Below, piece by piece: positions 63,782-64,000 of a stretch of 64,000 bases of DNA; positions within the stretch are counted from its first letter, which is position 1, and every line of letters starts with the position of its first letter. The notes under the pieces were generated by a model that saw only the letters and a list, made by a program, of their open reading frames with translations, ran no database searches and was not told where the DNA came from. The DNA lies in the NCBI GenBank assembly GCA_013265495.1, contig MU061579.1:186001-250000 (forward strand), given 5' to 3'. Source of the DNA: Vicugna vicugna (Eukaryota). Position numbers and translations under genes: made by a program.

Positions 63782-64000
63782 TATAATAGAGAAAACTAAA
63801 TCTGACTCCATAGTAGATCTGTTTCTTTAACTTTAACCTCTGTATTCTGTTGCTTTTGCTAAAAGTTAATCAAAGGGATGTTACCTATAGCTTAAAGTAT
63901 ACATAATGGCCCATATCCAGGAACCCTGCCTCCCATGCTTGATCTAATAGCTCATATACCTTTTTTTAAGCTCACAGGAAACATCCTGACCAGTCCCACC
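63782..64000 (+). mobile_element. Related ERV1-class LTR 5' part, running off the window end
   Basis: TATAATAGAGAAAACTAAATCTGACTCCATAGTAGATCTG; about 70% ungapped identity to the 5' end of the preceding LTR. Confidence 0.8.

Noticed and set aside
1..64000. CRISPR array, operon or other prokaryote-like system
   Set aside because: No regularly spaced repeats and no dense ORFs; the repeat content is unambiguously mammalian

Overview
AT-rich, CpG-depleted mammalian non-coding DNA (large intron or intergenic). It is most likely camelid, because it carries a Vic-1-type tRNA-Ala-derived SINE and a camelid-type L1 3' end. Roughly half the window is recognisable interspersed repeat: decayed L1s of several ages, L2, CR1/L3, MIR, MaLR and ERV1-class LTRs, MER20, MER5 and one essentially full-length but inactivated Tigger1 DNA transposon (39490-41891). 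No intact host protein-coding gene, functional RNA gene or CRISPR array is supported. The ORF-track proteins with real homology are L1 ORF2p and Tigger1 transposase remnants. I found no convincing new biological system. The best leads are two plus-strand candidate exons/regulatory elements in unique DNA (20-218, 57130-57330), two unclassified inserts nested in old repeats, a triplication over a transposase catalytic codon, and a back-to-back LTR pair. Repeat family names come from recalled consensus sequences, not a database search, and boundaries of old repeats are approximate.
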